Source: Pirellulales bacterium (GTDB lineage Bacteria > Planctomycetota > Planctomycetia > Pirellulales > JACPPG01). Taken from it: DNA of 64,000 nucleotides. Of the stretch, positions 17,789 through 26,816 are shown in pieces (position 1 is the stretch's first letter; each line of letters begins with the position of its first letter). The notes beneath the pieces are model-generated. The model was not told the origin of the DNA. It made no database searches and worked only from the letters and a program-made list of their open reading frames with translations. The translations under genes and the position numbers were made by a program. The DNA lies in the NCBI GenBank assembly GCA_036499395.1, contig DASYDW010000010.1, forward strand, positions 11,668 through 75,667. Reading direction: 5' to 3'.

Positions 17789-19134
17789 ACGTCTGTGCGA
17801 GCTTCCCCATGAGACTGCGATTCGATTTTCATTGCCGTCACATCGCGCAAATCGCGCTCGTTGTTCCAATGCTGTGCGTGGCACTAACTGCCTCGCTGCG
17901 CGGTGAAGATTGGCCGCAATTCCGTGGCCCGGACGGGCAAGGATATTCGCGCGAGCGCGACTTGCCGCTCGAGTGGAGCGAATCAGAAAACGTCGTGTGG
18001 AAAACGCCGCTGCCAGGGCTTGGCTGGTCCTCGCCCGTCGTCCGCGGCCGATTGATCTGGCTTACCACCGCCATCGAACAAGAGGGTTCGCTACGTGCCC
18101 TGTGCATTGATGCGCTGACGGGACAAGTGCTGCGTGATGTGGAAGTGTTCCACAAGGCGGACCTCGGCCCCATTAATCCAAAGAACAGTCACGCTTCGCC
18201 CACGCCCGTGATCGACGGCGATCGTGTGTTCGTACACTTTGGCGCGCATGGCACGGCGTGCCTCTCGCTGCGCGGCGACGTTCTGTGGCGAAACGATCAA
18301 CTCGCTTATGATCATCGGCATGGTCCGGGCGGCTCGCCGGTCGTGTGGCGCGACCTGCTGATCTTTCACTGCGACGGCGCGGACACGCAGGCCGTCGTAG
18401 CACTGGACCGGCAGACGGGGCGTGTGCGGTGGCGCACGGATCGGCAGTCGCAGCAACCTGGCTACGGGACACCGCTACTTACGACAGTGAACGGCGCGGA
18501 TCAATTGATCAGCCCCGGCGGTGGCATGATCGCGTCGTATGAACCGGCCACGGGGCGGGAAATCTGGCGGCTGCGGCATGGTGGTGATTCGGTCGTGTTG
18601 CGCCCCGTCGTCGACCACGGACTGGTTTACGTATCGTCGGGCTACACGTCGACGGCGCTCTATGCCATCGATCTCGCGTCGCGCGGTGAAATCTCGACGG
18701 CCGACGCGACGTGGACGGTGCGGCGCGGTGTCCCGTTCGATCCTTCCCCCTTGATCGTCGGCGATGAACTCTACCTGGTGAGCGATCAAGGTGTAGTCAC
18801 GTGCCTCGACGCGCGCAGCGGCAAGCAACATTGGCAATCACGGTTGCGCGGTGCCTTCTCAGCGTCCCCGCTCGCGGCCGACGGAAGGATTTACATCACT
18901 AGCGAAGAAGGCGTGACCACGGTGATTGCGCCCGGAAAGGCGATGAAGAAACTGGCCGAGAACACTTTGGACGGTCGAATGCTCGCCTCACTGGCCACGG
19001 CCGATGGCGCCATTTTCGCGCGCACCGAATCGGCGCTGTATCGCATTCAATCCTCGGGCGGTCCGGCAGCGCAGCATCAGCCGGTTGCCGTGCGTAAAAA
19101 ACCGGCGGCCGCCTCGATGCCAGTGGCGCGCTAG
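17785..19134 (+). CDS. PQQ-like beta-propeller repeat protein (BamB-like fold)
   Basis: The 'EDWPQFRGPDGQGYS' opening and repeated W/G propeller blades. The ATG overlaps the upstream TGA as ATGA at 17785..17788. Confidence 0.85.
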   Translation: MNVCASFPMRLRFDFHCRHIAQIALVVPMLCVALTASLRGEDWPQFRGPDGQGYSRERDLPLEWSESENVVWKTPLPGLGWSSPVVRGRLIWLTTAIEQEGSLRALCIDALTGQVLRDVEVFHKADLGPINPKNSHASPTPVIDGDRVFVHFGAHGTACLSLRGDVLWRNDQLAYDHRHGPGGSPVVWRDLLIFHCDGADTQAVVALDRQTGRVRWRTDRQSQQPGYGTPLLTTVNGADQLISPGGGMIASYEPATGREIWRLRHGGDSVVLRPVVDHGLVYVSSGYTSTALYAIDLASRGEISTADATWTVRRGVPFDPSPLIVGDELYLVSDQGVVTCLDARSGKQHWQSRLRGAFSASPLAADGRIYITSEEGVTTVIAPGKAMKKLAENTLDGRMLASLATADGAIFARTESALYRIQSSGGPAAQHQPVAVRKKPAAASMPVAR

Positions 19135-19147
19135 TCGACCGACTCTG

Positions 19148-19630
19148 TTAAAAGAGCGGCGCCCGCCCCAACTCGCGCCGTACGACGGTCCATTGCCCGA
19201 CGTGCATCATCCAGTGCAGGCTGCCCATGCCGGTGAACATGGCACCGACGGTTGGCGTCCATCCTTCACACGGTTTGCTCAGGTCCTCGGCACTGCACTT
19301 GGCCAGGGCCGCAGCGGCGCCAGCTCGCTGTTCGGCAAAGAGGCGTAGCAGCTCTTCCTTCTTGCAGAACGCCCCGGCGTCGTCCGACTTGGCAGATTCG
19401 CCGGTGTATTTCTCGGCGAAACCAGCCGGCAGCGCCGGCATGGAACCCGGAAACACCTTTTCGACGCGTTGATGCTCGCCATTGATGCAATGACCGATCT
19501 GCCAGTTGATGTGATTGCAACCGGGGGCCGGGCGGTGCAGCAACTCGGCGTCCGTCAGATCGGCTAACAGGCTCGAAACAACGTGCGTCGCAGAATCGAG
19601 CGAGAACTTGATCACATCGTGGGCGTTCAT
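19148..19630 (-). CDS. DinB-family protein
   Basis: 160 aa, four-helix pattern, with 'NHINWQIGHC' and 'LHWMMHVGQ' His motifs typical of DinB/YfiT. Confidence 0.85.
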   Translation of the reverse strand: MNAHDVIKFSLDSATHVVSSLLADLTDAELLHRPAPGCNHINWQIGHCINGEHQRVEKVFPGSMPALPAGFAEKYTGESAKSDDAGAFCKKEELLRLFAEQRAGAAAALAKCSAEDLSKPCEGWTPTVGAMFTGMGSLHWMMHVGQWTVVRRELGRAPLF

Positions 19631-19693
19631 CGTTGGGCAATCCTAGTTGAAGATGGTTGGGTTCGAGTGAGAGATAAATCGATTCGTCGCGGC

Positions 19694-20122
19694 TCACGGT
19701 ATCTCGAGTGATCCGTCGTCGCGAATCGGAAAGGCGCCCCAGGCGACCTCCCACAGATAGCCATCGGGGTCGGAAAAGTATCCGCTATAGCCGCCCCAGA
19801 AGGTGTCTTGACCTGGCTTCTCGATTTTCGCGCCGGCCGCAGCGGCGCTCGCCAGCACTTGGTCGACCTCTTCCTTGGTGCGAACATTATGCGCCAGCGT
19901 GATGCCTGCAAACTTCGCTTTCGGTACCTGGAATTCTTCTGAGATGTCTTCGGCCAGCTTGTCGTAGGGATACAGTGCCAGGCAGGTACCTGCGGTTTTG
20001 AAGAAGATAACTCCTCGATCGACGGACCACGTCGTGGGCAGTCCCAGCCCATCCCGGTAAAAGCGAAGCGACCGTTCCAGGTCGGCTACGCCGAGAGTGA
20101 TCAATGTGATGCGAGCGTCCAA
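19694..20122 (-). CDS. VOC-family (glyoxalase/bleomycin-resistance fold) protein
   Basis: 142 aa. 'ITLITLGVADLERSLRFYRDGLG' is the typical VOC beta-alpha-beta opening. Confidence 0.85.
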   Translation of the reverse strand: MDARITLITLGVADLERSLRFYRDGLGLPTTWSVDRGVIFFKTAGTCLALYPYDKLAEDISEEFQVPKAKFAGITLAHNVRTKEEVDQVLASAAAAGAKIEKPGQDTFWGGYSGYFSDPDGYLWEVAWGAFPIRDDGSLEIP

Positions 20123-20228
20123 GATGCAAACTCCATTCGTCGCGTGTGCCGAACCCAGACGTTTAACCCCTCTGTAGCTGGCCTTTGCGAGGCCCGCGCT
20201 TAAGGAGCGTAAGTTTCCACGGTCAACA

Positions 20229-21818
20229 CTACGCCTTCACCAAGCGCGGCTGGCCGTCCTCGACGACGAACGAAGCGAGCGTAACCGGCGGGGCTCCCTT
20301 GCGAGTCACGTATTCCACGACCTGGTAGTCGGTGCGCCACTCGCGCGGCGACACCGTGCAGCGCACGTAACCGCGTTGGGCGTTGTACAGCTTCACGGAC
20401 GGATTTTCGGCCAGGATCGCGGCCTGGTTGCCTGGCACGCGCAGCCCATCACCCGAGGACGAGATCGACGTGCCGACAAATTCGACGCCGGCGTTCTTCA
20501 CATCCTGCTGGTTGAAATCGGTCGTCATATCACAGGCCCAATTCGTGTGAATGTCGCCCGTCAGCACGACAGGATTCGATGGTTTCCGCTCGACTAGAAA
20601 ATTGAGCAGCCGCCGGCGGTCGGCTTCGTAACCGGCCCACTTGTCCATATCCAGCACTTCCACGTCTCCCGCGGCGTAATCGATCTTGGTGACCATCACC
20701 TGCTGGGCCAACACATTCCATTTCGCCGTCGACGCGTTGAGACCTTCGAGCAGCCAGTTGCGTTGCGCCTCGCCAATGATCGTAGCCTTTTCGTCATACA
20801 CTTCGGGGCAAGGCTTTTTGTGACCATCGCCGCATGGTTGGTCCGTACGATACTGCCGCGTGTCGAGCACGTAGAAATTGGCAAGCTGGCCGAACGGCAG
20901 CTTGCGATAGAGCAACATGTCAGGCCCATGCGGCAACGTGCTGCGCCGCAGCGGCATATTCTCGTAATACGCCTGATAGCCAATCGCGCGACGCTTGAGC
21001 AAATCAGCCTGCGAGATTTTCAGATCCTCGGGGAATGGGCCGGCGTAGTTGTTTTCGACCTCGTGATCATCCCAAGTCACGATCCAGGGCGCCGCGGCAT
21101 GCATCGCCAACAGCGCCGGATCACTGCGATATTGCGCATAACGATTTCGGTAATCGTCAAGCGACTGGAGCTTGCCCCCCAGATGCTTCCGCACACGGTC
21201 GTCGCGCGCGGCCCCTTCGTAGATGTAATCGCCCAGGTGTACGACCAGGTCGAGATCGTCCTTGAGCATGTGCTCGTAGGCGGTGTAGTAGCCCGTCTCG
21301 AAATGCTGGCATGACGCGAACGCAAAGCGCAGTCCCGGCGAAGCCGCATCGACCGGCGGCATGGTGCGCGTGCGTCCCTTGGGGCTTGTCTCGCTGCCGG
21401 CTTTGAACTGATACCAGTACCACCGCCCAGGCTCGAGGCCATCGACCTCGACATGCACCGAGTGCCCCCAATCGGGCGTGGCCACGGTTGTGCCGTGCCG
21501 GATAACTTTGCTGAACTGTTCGTCCTCGGCGATTTGCCAGTCGACCTCGACCGGTTCGGCCGGCATGCCGCCCCCTTCGAGCGGCTTGGGTGCTAGCCGT
21601 GTCCACAGCACGACGCCATCGGGCGCCGGATCACCCGACGCGACGCCAAGCTTGAAAGGATAGTCGGCGAACGTCACGTTGCGCTGTACCACGCCTTCGG
21701 CACGCGAAGCCCACACAGCCGCCGCGGCAAGCGAACCGGTAGTGGCCAAGAACGATCGACGGCTATACGAGCGGCCAGGCTGATCCGGAAAAATTGATGG
21801 CGAGCGGGAATCGAACAT
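20229..21818 (-). CDS. phoD: Alkaline phosphatase D family protein with Tat signal
   Basis: ATG at 21818 follows GGAG. The twin-arginine signal is 'SRRSFLATTGSLAAAAVWA'. 'VASGDP', 'HLGDYIYE' and 'WDDHEVENN' are PhoD metallophosphatase motifs. Confidence 0.85.
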   Translation of the reverse strand: MFDSRSPSIFPDQPGRSYSRRSFLATTGSLAAAAVWASRAEGVVQRNVTFADYPFKLGVASGDPAPDGVVLWTRLAPKPLEGGGMPAEPVEVDWQIAEDEQFSKVIRHGTTVATPDWGHSVHVEVDGLEPGRWYWYQFKAGSETSPKGRTRTMPPVDAASPGLRFAFASCQHFETGYYTAYEHMLKDDLDLVVHLGDYIYEGAARDDRVRKHLGGKLQSLDDYRNRYAQYRSDPALLAMHAAAPWIVTWDDHEVENNYAGPFPEDLKISQADLLKRRAIGYQAYYENMPLRRSTLPHGPDMLLYRKLPFGQLANFYVLDTRQYRTDQPCGDGHKKPCPEVYDEKATIIGEAQRNWLLEGLNASTAKWNVLAQQVMVTKIDYAAGDVEVLDMDKWAGYEADRRRLLNFLVERKPSNPVVLTGDIHTNWACDMTTDFNQQDVKNAGVEFVGTSISSSGDGLRVPGNQAAILAENPSVKLYNAQRGYVRCTVSPREWRTDYQVVEYVTRKGAPPVTLASFVVEDGQPRLVKA

Positions 21819-21851
21819 CGTAGCTCCAGTTGAAGCAGTCAAGCGGTGCAA

Positions 21852-21892
21852 CAATCAAGGTGGTGCGGCAATCAAGGTGGTGCGGCAATCAA
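21852..21892 (-). promoter_or_regulatory. 2.4 copies of a 17-bp direct repeat in the phoD upstream region (candidate operator)
   Basis: The minus strand reads TTGATTGCCGCACCACC TTGATTGCCGCACCACC TTGATTG..., ending about 30 nt upstream of the phoD ATG. Confidence 0.4.
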
Positions 21893-22032
21893 ACCCGGGG
21901 CTGCTGGCAGTTGGGGAAGTAGCCGCGGCAGCGCGATTCCGGCAACAGTCGCAGGCCAGAGAAAGAGCATTGTGAAGTCCGCGCCGGCGCGTGTCAAAGC
22001 AGAGGACGGTGTCCCGGTGGCACGGCCGAGCA

Positions 22033-23109
22033 TCAATCGCCCAGGCCGGCCAGGTTGCAAAGCGCGGCGGCGGCGACCGGTTGCGGGCAGCTCCAAACCA
22101 GGAAGAACATCGCCTCTCGGCACCAGCGGCCAGCCGGATGGCCAGCCACATAACCGGCTCCCTTCGCGGCAGTCAGCGCGGCTTGGCTCGCGCGTAGCGC
22201 TAGGCTATTCGCGCGGTAGCGCAGGTCTTGCTGCGTACACGCGGCATTTCCACCGGCCAGCGCCAGTAGATCATCGGCGGCTTTGGCGGCGTCACGGGCT
22301 AGCGCGTCGGCTGCGCTGCGCAGGTCTTCTCGCTTTTGCGACTCCGCCTGCAGGTAATCGATGGCGCTACGTGCCAGGCCGATGGCCAAGGTCGACGTCT
22401 GCAGTCCGCCGGTGTTACCGCCGATGCCGCGTGACATGACGTTTTCGACCGGCCCTCCCAGCAGCCACTCGCGCGACAGCTCGACGTTGCGAAATTGGAC
22501 GGCGCCGGTATGGCTCGAAGACAGCCCGACCAGTTGGGCCGGAGGATCGGCCGTAATCCCGGGCAGGGTGGCGGGGACGACCGCCAGGATCTGCCGTTCG
22601 TCGGCCAAGGTCGCCCCGGTGACGATCGAATCGGCATGCGCGCCTCCGGTAACCCAAGGGCTGAAACCATCGAGCACGAATCCCGTCGCGGTTTCCCGGG
22701 CCGCGAGTGCCGGGCGTCCGAGGTGACGTCGACTGGTCGTGAGGTGCGAAATACCGACAGTGGCAAACGACTCACCCGAGACCAAGCCCGGCAGTAGGTC
22801 GCGTTTGCGCGAGGTCTCGCCGTCGGCGATTCGCTGGCAGGCTCCGGTGCGCTGCGTCAGGATGAACGTTGTCGACAGGCAGGCTTCGCTCAGGCGGAGG
22901 TAGCCGCGAATGCAATCAAGCTCGCTCCATTCCTGTCCCCCCCACGCCTTGGGCATGAACCACTGGTAGACGCCGTAGTTGCCCAGCAATTGCAACTGCT
23001 CGGCCGGCCAACTGCCGGCCAGGTCGAGCGCGTCGGTGCGCGACGCTAGCTCGCGGCAAAGGTCATCGAGCGCCGGTGCATCCGGAGAGGTGATTATCGT
23101 GGCAGGCAT
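22033..23109 (-). CDS. Acyl-CoA dehydrogenase family protein
   Basis: 358 aa. 'LLGNYGVYQWFMPKAWGG', a middle beta-domain and a C-terminal helical domain fit the ACAD layout. Confidence 0.8.
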   Translation of the reverse strand: MPATIITSPDAPALDDLCRELASRTDALDLAGSWPAEQLQLLGNYGVYQWFMPKAWGGQEWSELDCIRGYLRLSEACLSTTFILTQRTGACQRIADGETSRKRDLLPGLVSGESFATVGISHLTTSRRHLGRPALAARETATGFVLDGFSPWVTGGAHADSIVTGATLADERQILAVVPATLPGITADPPAQLVGLSSSHTGAVQFRNVELSREWLLGGPVENVMSRGIGGNTGGLQTSTLAIGLARSAIDYLQAESQKREDLRSAADALARDAAKAADDLLALAGGNAACTQQDLRYRANSLALRASQAALTAAKGAGYVAGHPAGRWCREAMFFLVWSCPQPVAAAALCNLAGLGD

Positions 23110-23355
23110 AAGGCTATCGATTCTCCTCGTTTTTTCTTGATTCGCAGGCGCACAGGTAGGTGGTCGCGTTTCGTGAGCGAATTATGAGAAGCCTATCTCA
23201 CGCTTGTCGTACACCGTCCGGAGGGTCGCTGGCGTAGGAAACGTGCGAAACGTCCGGCAGTGGGGTCGCGACCGGGGGCGTAACTTGCTAAAATCACCGG
23301 CTTTGAGTGCGTAAGGCAAACCAGGAATTGCCCGTAGTTGAAGGATCAATAATCG

Positions 23356-25554
23356 ATGAGCCGAACCGAAATCGCACCCAGCAAGTCTATCGAAGGCCTG
23401 TCCAAAGGCGGTGTCGAGTTCGAATCGATCTACGACAAGCTTGTCGCCTTGGCGAACAACCTGTGGTGGAGCTGGCATCCGGAAGTCGTGGAATTATACC
23501 GCGACCTGGACCCGATTCGCTGGCGACAATTGGATCATAATCCGATCGCTCTGTTGGCGGAATTCACGCCCGAGCGGCTCGACGCCCGCGCTAACGAGCT
23601 GGTGTTGCACAGCCGTATCAACCAGGCGTTCCGCCGTTTGAAGGAATATCTGGCGACGCAAAACGCCTGGGCAGCGACCCACACTGGCGTTCTGGGTGCC
23701 AAGCCGGTCGCCTATTTCTCGGCCGAGTTCGGCATCCACGAATCGGTGCCGATTTATTCGGGCGGCCTGGGCGTCCTCTCGGGCGACCATGTCAAAAGCG
23801 CCAGCGACCTGAGCGTGCCGTTTGTCGCAATCGGCTTGTATTACGACCAGGGCTACTTCAAGCAACTGCTCGACGTCAACGGTTATCAGCAGGAAGAGTA
23901 CATCGATACCAAGGTCGAAAACCTGCCGATGCGGCCGGCCACCGACGTTCACGGCAAGCCGATCACGGTCTCGATCGATACGCGGGCCGGACAGTTGCTC
24001 GCCAAGGTCTGGCTGATGCACGTCGGCCGTGTAAATCTTTATTTGCTGGATTGCGACGTCGAAGGAAATCGACCCGAGGATCGCGAACTGACCAGCCGGC
24101 TGTACGGCGGCGATCACCGCACGCGCATTCGCCAGGAGCTGGTGTTGGGCGTCGGCGGTGTCCGCGCCTTGCGGGCCCTGGGGATCTCGCCGGGCGTTTT
24201 CCATTTGAACGAAGGGCACAGCGCGTTCGCGTCGCTGGAAGCCATTCGCGAAATGATGGAGACCGACGGGCTGAGCTTCGACGAAGCCTTCCGCGATGTC
24301 GCGCAGCACACCGTCTTTACGACGCATACGCCGGTGCCCGCCGGTCATGACCGTTTTGACGGCGGCTTGATCGAAGAGCACTTGGGCCCGTTACGCGATT
24401 ACTTGGGCATTTCGTTTCAGCAATTGATGGGGCTGGGACGCGTCGAGCCGCAGAACGAAGGGGAAACCTTCTGCATGACGGTGCTCGCGCTCAAGCTTTC
24501 GCGCCGCGCCAACGCCGTGAGCGCCCTGCACGGGCATGTTTCACGCCGAATGTGGGCCCATCTGTGGCCGTGGCGCGTCGAAGAAGAAATTCCCATCGGC
24601 CATATCACCAACGGCGTACACGTCCGCAGTTGGCTGGCCTGGCAGATGCAGCAGTTGTATGACCGTAAGTTCCCGGTCAACTGGTTCTTGCGAATGGGCG
24701 AGCCCGAGGTTTGGCAAGGCATTCATAATGTTGACCCGGGCGAACTATGGGAAATCCACCACACGCTGAAGAGCTTGCTGTTGGCGTTCGTACGGCGCCG
24801 CGTCAGCCGACAGCGTCGGCGGCGGGGTGAAACGGATGAATCGATCGAAGCAGCACGCAACATGCTCGATCCGAATGTATTGACGATCGGCTTCGCGCGA
24901 CGATTCGCCACTTACAAGCGGGCCGACCTGATCCTGACGGACGTCGATCGGTTCTACGACTTGATCGCTGACAGCGAGCGGCCAATCCAGATCGTGTTCG
25001 CCGGCAAGGCGCATCCGGCCGACGAGCCCGGCAAGCAACTGATCAAGAAAATCTCGAACCTGCGGCACGACGAGCGCTTCGCCTCGCGCGTCGCGTTTAT
25101 CGAGGATTACGATATCAACGTCTGCCGGCATCTGGTGCAAGGCGTCGACGTGTGGCTTAACAATCCGCGCCGTCCGCTCGAAGCCTCGGGTACGAGCGGT
25201 CAAAAGGCCGTGCTCAACGGCGGCCTTAACTTGTCGGTGCTGGACGGTTGGTGGGCCGAGGCGTTCGACGGCTCGAACGGCTTTTCCATTGGCAAGGGGA
25301 CGAGCCACGTCTCGGACGAGATCAATGATGCGCGTGACGCCGAGGACTTGTATCGCACGCTCGAAGAGCAGGTCATTCCGCTCTATTACGACCGCGACGT
25401 CGACGGCTTGCCGCGGATGTGGGTCCGGCGGATGATGAACTCGATCGGCTCGCTGGCCTGGCGGTTCAGCGCCCACCGCATGGTGATGGACTACGTCCGT
25501 CGCTCGTACCTGCCGGCCGCCGGCGGGGTGAGCTGCGAAATGAGCGTCCGTTAG
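23356..25554 (+). CDS. glgP: Alpha-glucan (glycogen/maltodextrin) phosphorylase, GlgP alpha-glucan family
   Basis: 732 aa. 'NLWWSWHPE' opens the N-terminus. 'YFSAEFG..E..PIYSGGLGVLSGDH', 'TTHTPVPAGHD' and 'EASGTSGQKAVLNG' (PLP-lysine region) are present. Confidence 0.9.
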   Translation: MSRTEIAPSKSIEGLSKGGVEFESIYDKLVALANNLWWSWHPEVVELYRDLDPIRWRQLDHNPIALLAEFTPERLDARANELVLHSRINQAFRRLKEYLATQNAWAATHTGVLGAKPVAYFSAEFGIHESVPIYSGGLGVLSGDHVKSASDLSVPFVAIGLYYDQGYFKQLLDVNGYQQEEYIDTKVENLPMRPATDVHGKPITVSIDTRAGQLLAKVWLMHVGRVNLYLLDCDVEGNRPEDRELTSRLYGGDHRTRIRQELVLGVGGVRALRALGISPGVFHLNEGHSAFASLEAIREMMETDGLSFDEAFRDVAQHTVFTTHTPVPAGHDRFDGGLIEEHLGPLRDYLGISFQQLMGLGRVEPQNEGETFCMTVLALKLSRRANAVSALHGHVSRRMWAHLWPWRVEEEIPIGHITNGVHVRSWLAWQMQQLYDRKFPVNWFLRMGEPEVWQGIHNVDPGELWEIHHTLKSLLLAFVRRRVSRQRRRRGETDESIEAARNMLDPNVLTIGFARRFATYKRADLILTDVDRFYDLIADSERPIQIVFAGKAHPADEPGKQLIKKISNLRHDERFASRVAFIEDYDINVCRHLVQGVDVWLNNPRRPLEASGTSGQKAVLNGGLNLSVLDGWWAEAFDGSNGFSIGKGTSHVSDEINDARDAEDLYRTLEEQVIPLYYDRDVDGLPRMWVRRMMNSIGSLAWRFSAHRMVMDYVRRSYLPAAGGVSCEMSVR

Positions 25555-25600
25555 AATCGGCCCGACCACGGCTGCACAATTTGCAAGAAATCACGCACTG

Positions 25601-25726
25601 CTCGCCCCCTGGGGGCGAGAGTCGTTCGAAGGGTCTTCCGAATCCCTCTCCCTCGCGGAGAGGGTAAGGTGAGGGGCGAACGTTTCGTTGCCTGTCACCT
25701 TCCTGCGCCCTCCCTGGAAGGGAGGG
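25601..25726. repeat. Cluster of three GC-rich hairpins downstream of glgP, including REP-like copy 2
   Basis: 25601..25619 is CTCGCCCC-ctg-GGGGCGAG. 25644..25675 is the REP-like element shared with 46..77. 25708..25726 is CCCTCCC-tggaa-GGGAGGG. Confidence 0.6.
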
Positions 25727-25833
25727 AATTAATCTGCTACTACGAGCCTGGGTCGATTGAACTCGCCGCGTGATTGCCGTGGTTGGCATAGCGGATCGAG
25801 TCTCGACAGGCGCACCTGGGAGGGCTTTGCGGA

Positions 25834-26796
25834 ATGTCGATTTCGAAATTCATGGATCATCACTTCCGGCACTTTAACGCCCGGGAGACCGTCGAGGCAT
25901 CGCGCGCCTGGAAAAAGCATCTCGACGAGGGGGGCAAGATGCTTCTAGCCATGGCTGGCGCCATGAGCACCGCCGAGTTGGGCATTTCCCTGGCCAAGAT
26001 GATCCGCGCCGGCAAGGTTCACGCCATCAGTTGCACGGCCGCCAATTTCGAGGAAGACATTTTCAATCTGGTCGCGCATCGCGACTACTGCATGGTGCCG
26101 CACTATCGCGACCTGTCGCCGGACGACGAAGTCGCGCTGCGCGACAAGGGGTTCAACCGGGTGACCGACACCTGCATCCCGGAAACCGTGATCCGGAGCA
26201 TCGAGGGGAAGCTGCTCGAGTATTGGAGCGAAGCGGCCGAAAAGAACGAATCGTACTTCTCGTACGAATACTTCTATCGCCTGATCAAGGACGGTGTGCT
26301 GGAAAAAGTGCGCCACATTCCCAAGGAAGATTCCTGGGTGTGGGCCGCCTACGACATGAAGATCCCCATCTACACGCCGGGGTTCGAGGATTCGACGCTG
26401 GGCAACATTTTCGCGGCCCGAGTTCTAGAAGGGCGCGTCAAAAGCCACAACGCGATCAAGAGCGGCACGGCGCAGATGGAGCACCTGGTCCGCTGGTACC
26501 TGGAGACCGTCGAAAAGTCGCAGATCGGCTTCTTCCAGATCGGCGGCGGCATTGCCGGCGACTTTGCGATTTGCGCGGTGCCGTTGATCATCCAGGACCT
26601 GGAAAAAGACGTCAGCCTGTGGAGCTACTTCTGCCAGATCTCGGACTCGACGACTTCATTCGGCTCGTACTCAGGCGCGGTACCGAACGAAAAGATCACC
26701 TGGTGGAAGCTGGACCGCGACGCCCCGAAGTTCATGATCAACTCAGACGCCTCGATCGTGGCGCCGCTGATGTTCGCGTATGTGATGGGGGAGTAG
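25834..26796 (+). CDS. Deoxyhypusine synthase family protein (bacterial DHS/homospermidine-synthase-like)
   Basis: 320 aa. 'MAGAMSTAELG', 'ISCTAANFEEDIF' and 'IGGGIAGDF' match the DHS-like NAD-binding fold. Confidence 0.85.
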   Translation: MSISKFMDHHFRHFNARETVEASRAWKKHLDEGGKMLLAMAGAMSTAELGISLAKMIRAGKVHAISCTAANFEEDIFNLVAHRDYCMVPHYRDLSPDDEVALRDKGFNRVTDTCIPETVIRSIEGKLLEYWSEAAEKNESYFSYEYFYRLIKDGVLEKVRHIPKEDSWVWAAYDMKIPIYTPGFEDSTLGNIFAARVLEGRVKSHNAIKSGTAQMEHLVRWYLETVEKSQIGFFQIGGGIAGDFAICAVPLIIQDLEKDVSLWSYFCQISDSTTSFGSYSGAVPNEKITWWKLDRDAPKFMINSDASIVAPLMFAYVMGE

Positions 26797-26816
26797 CGGC
26801 GCTCGGAGCGATTCGT

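Noticed and set aside
23494-25569. Two long minus-strand ORFs (295 aa and 274 aa)
   Set aside because: Both are antisense to glgP, whose identity is unambiguous.
26031-26816. The 5' 260 codons of the 579-aa track ORF 26031..27770
   Set aside because: This part runs out of frame across the well-supported deoxyhypusine-synthase-like gene and has Arg/Gly/Pro-rich junk composition. Only the portion after the DHS stop is kept as the HEPN-motif CDS.
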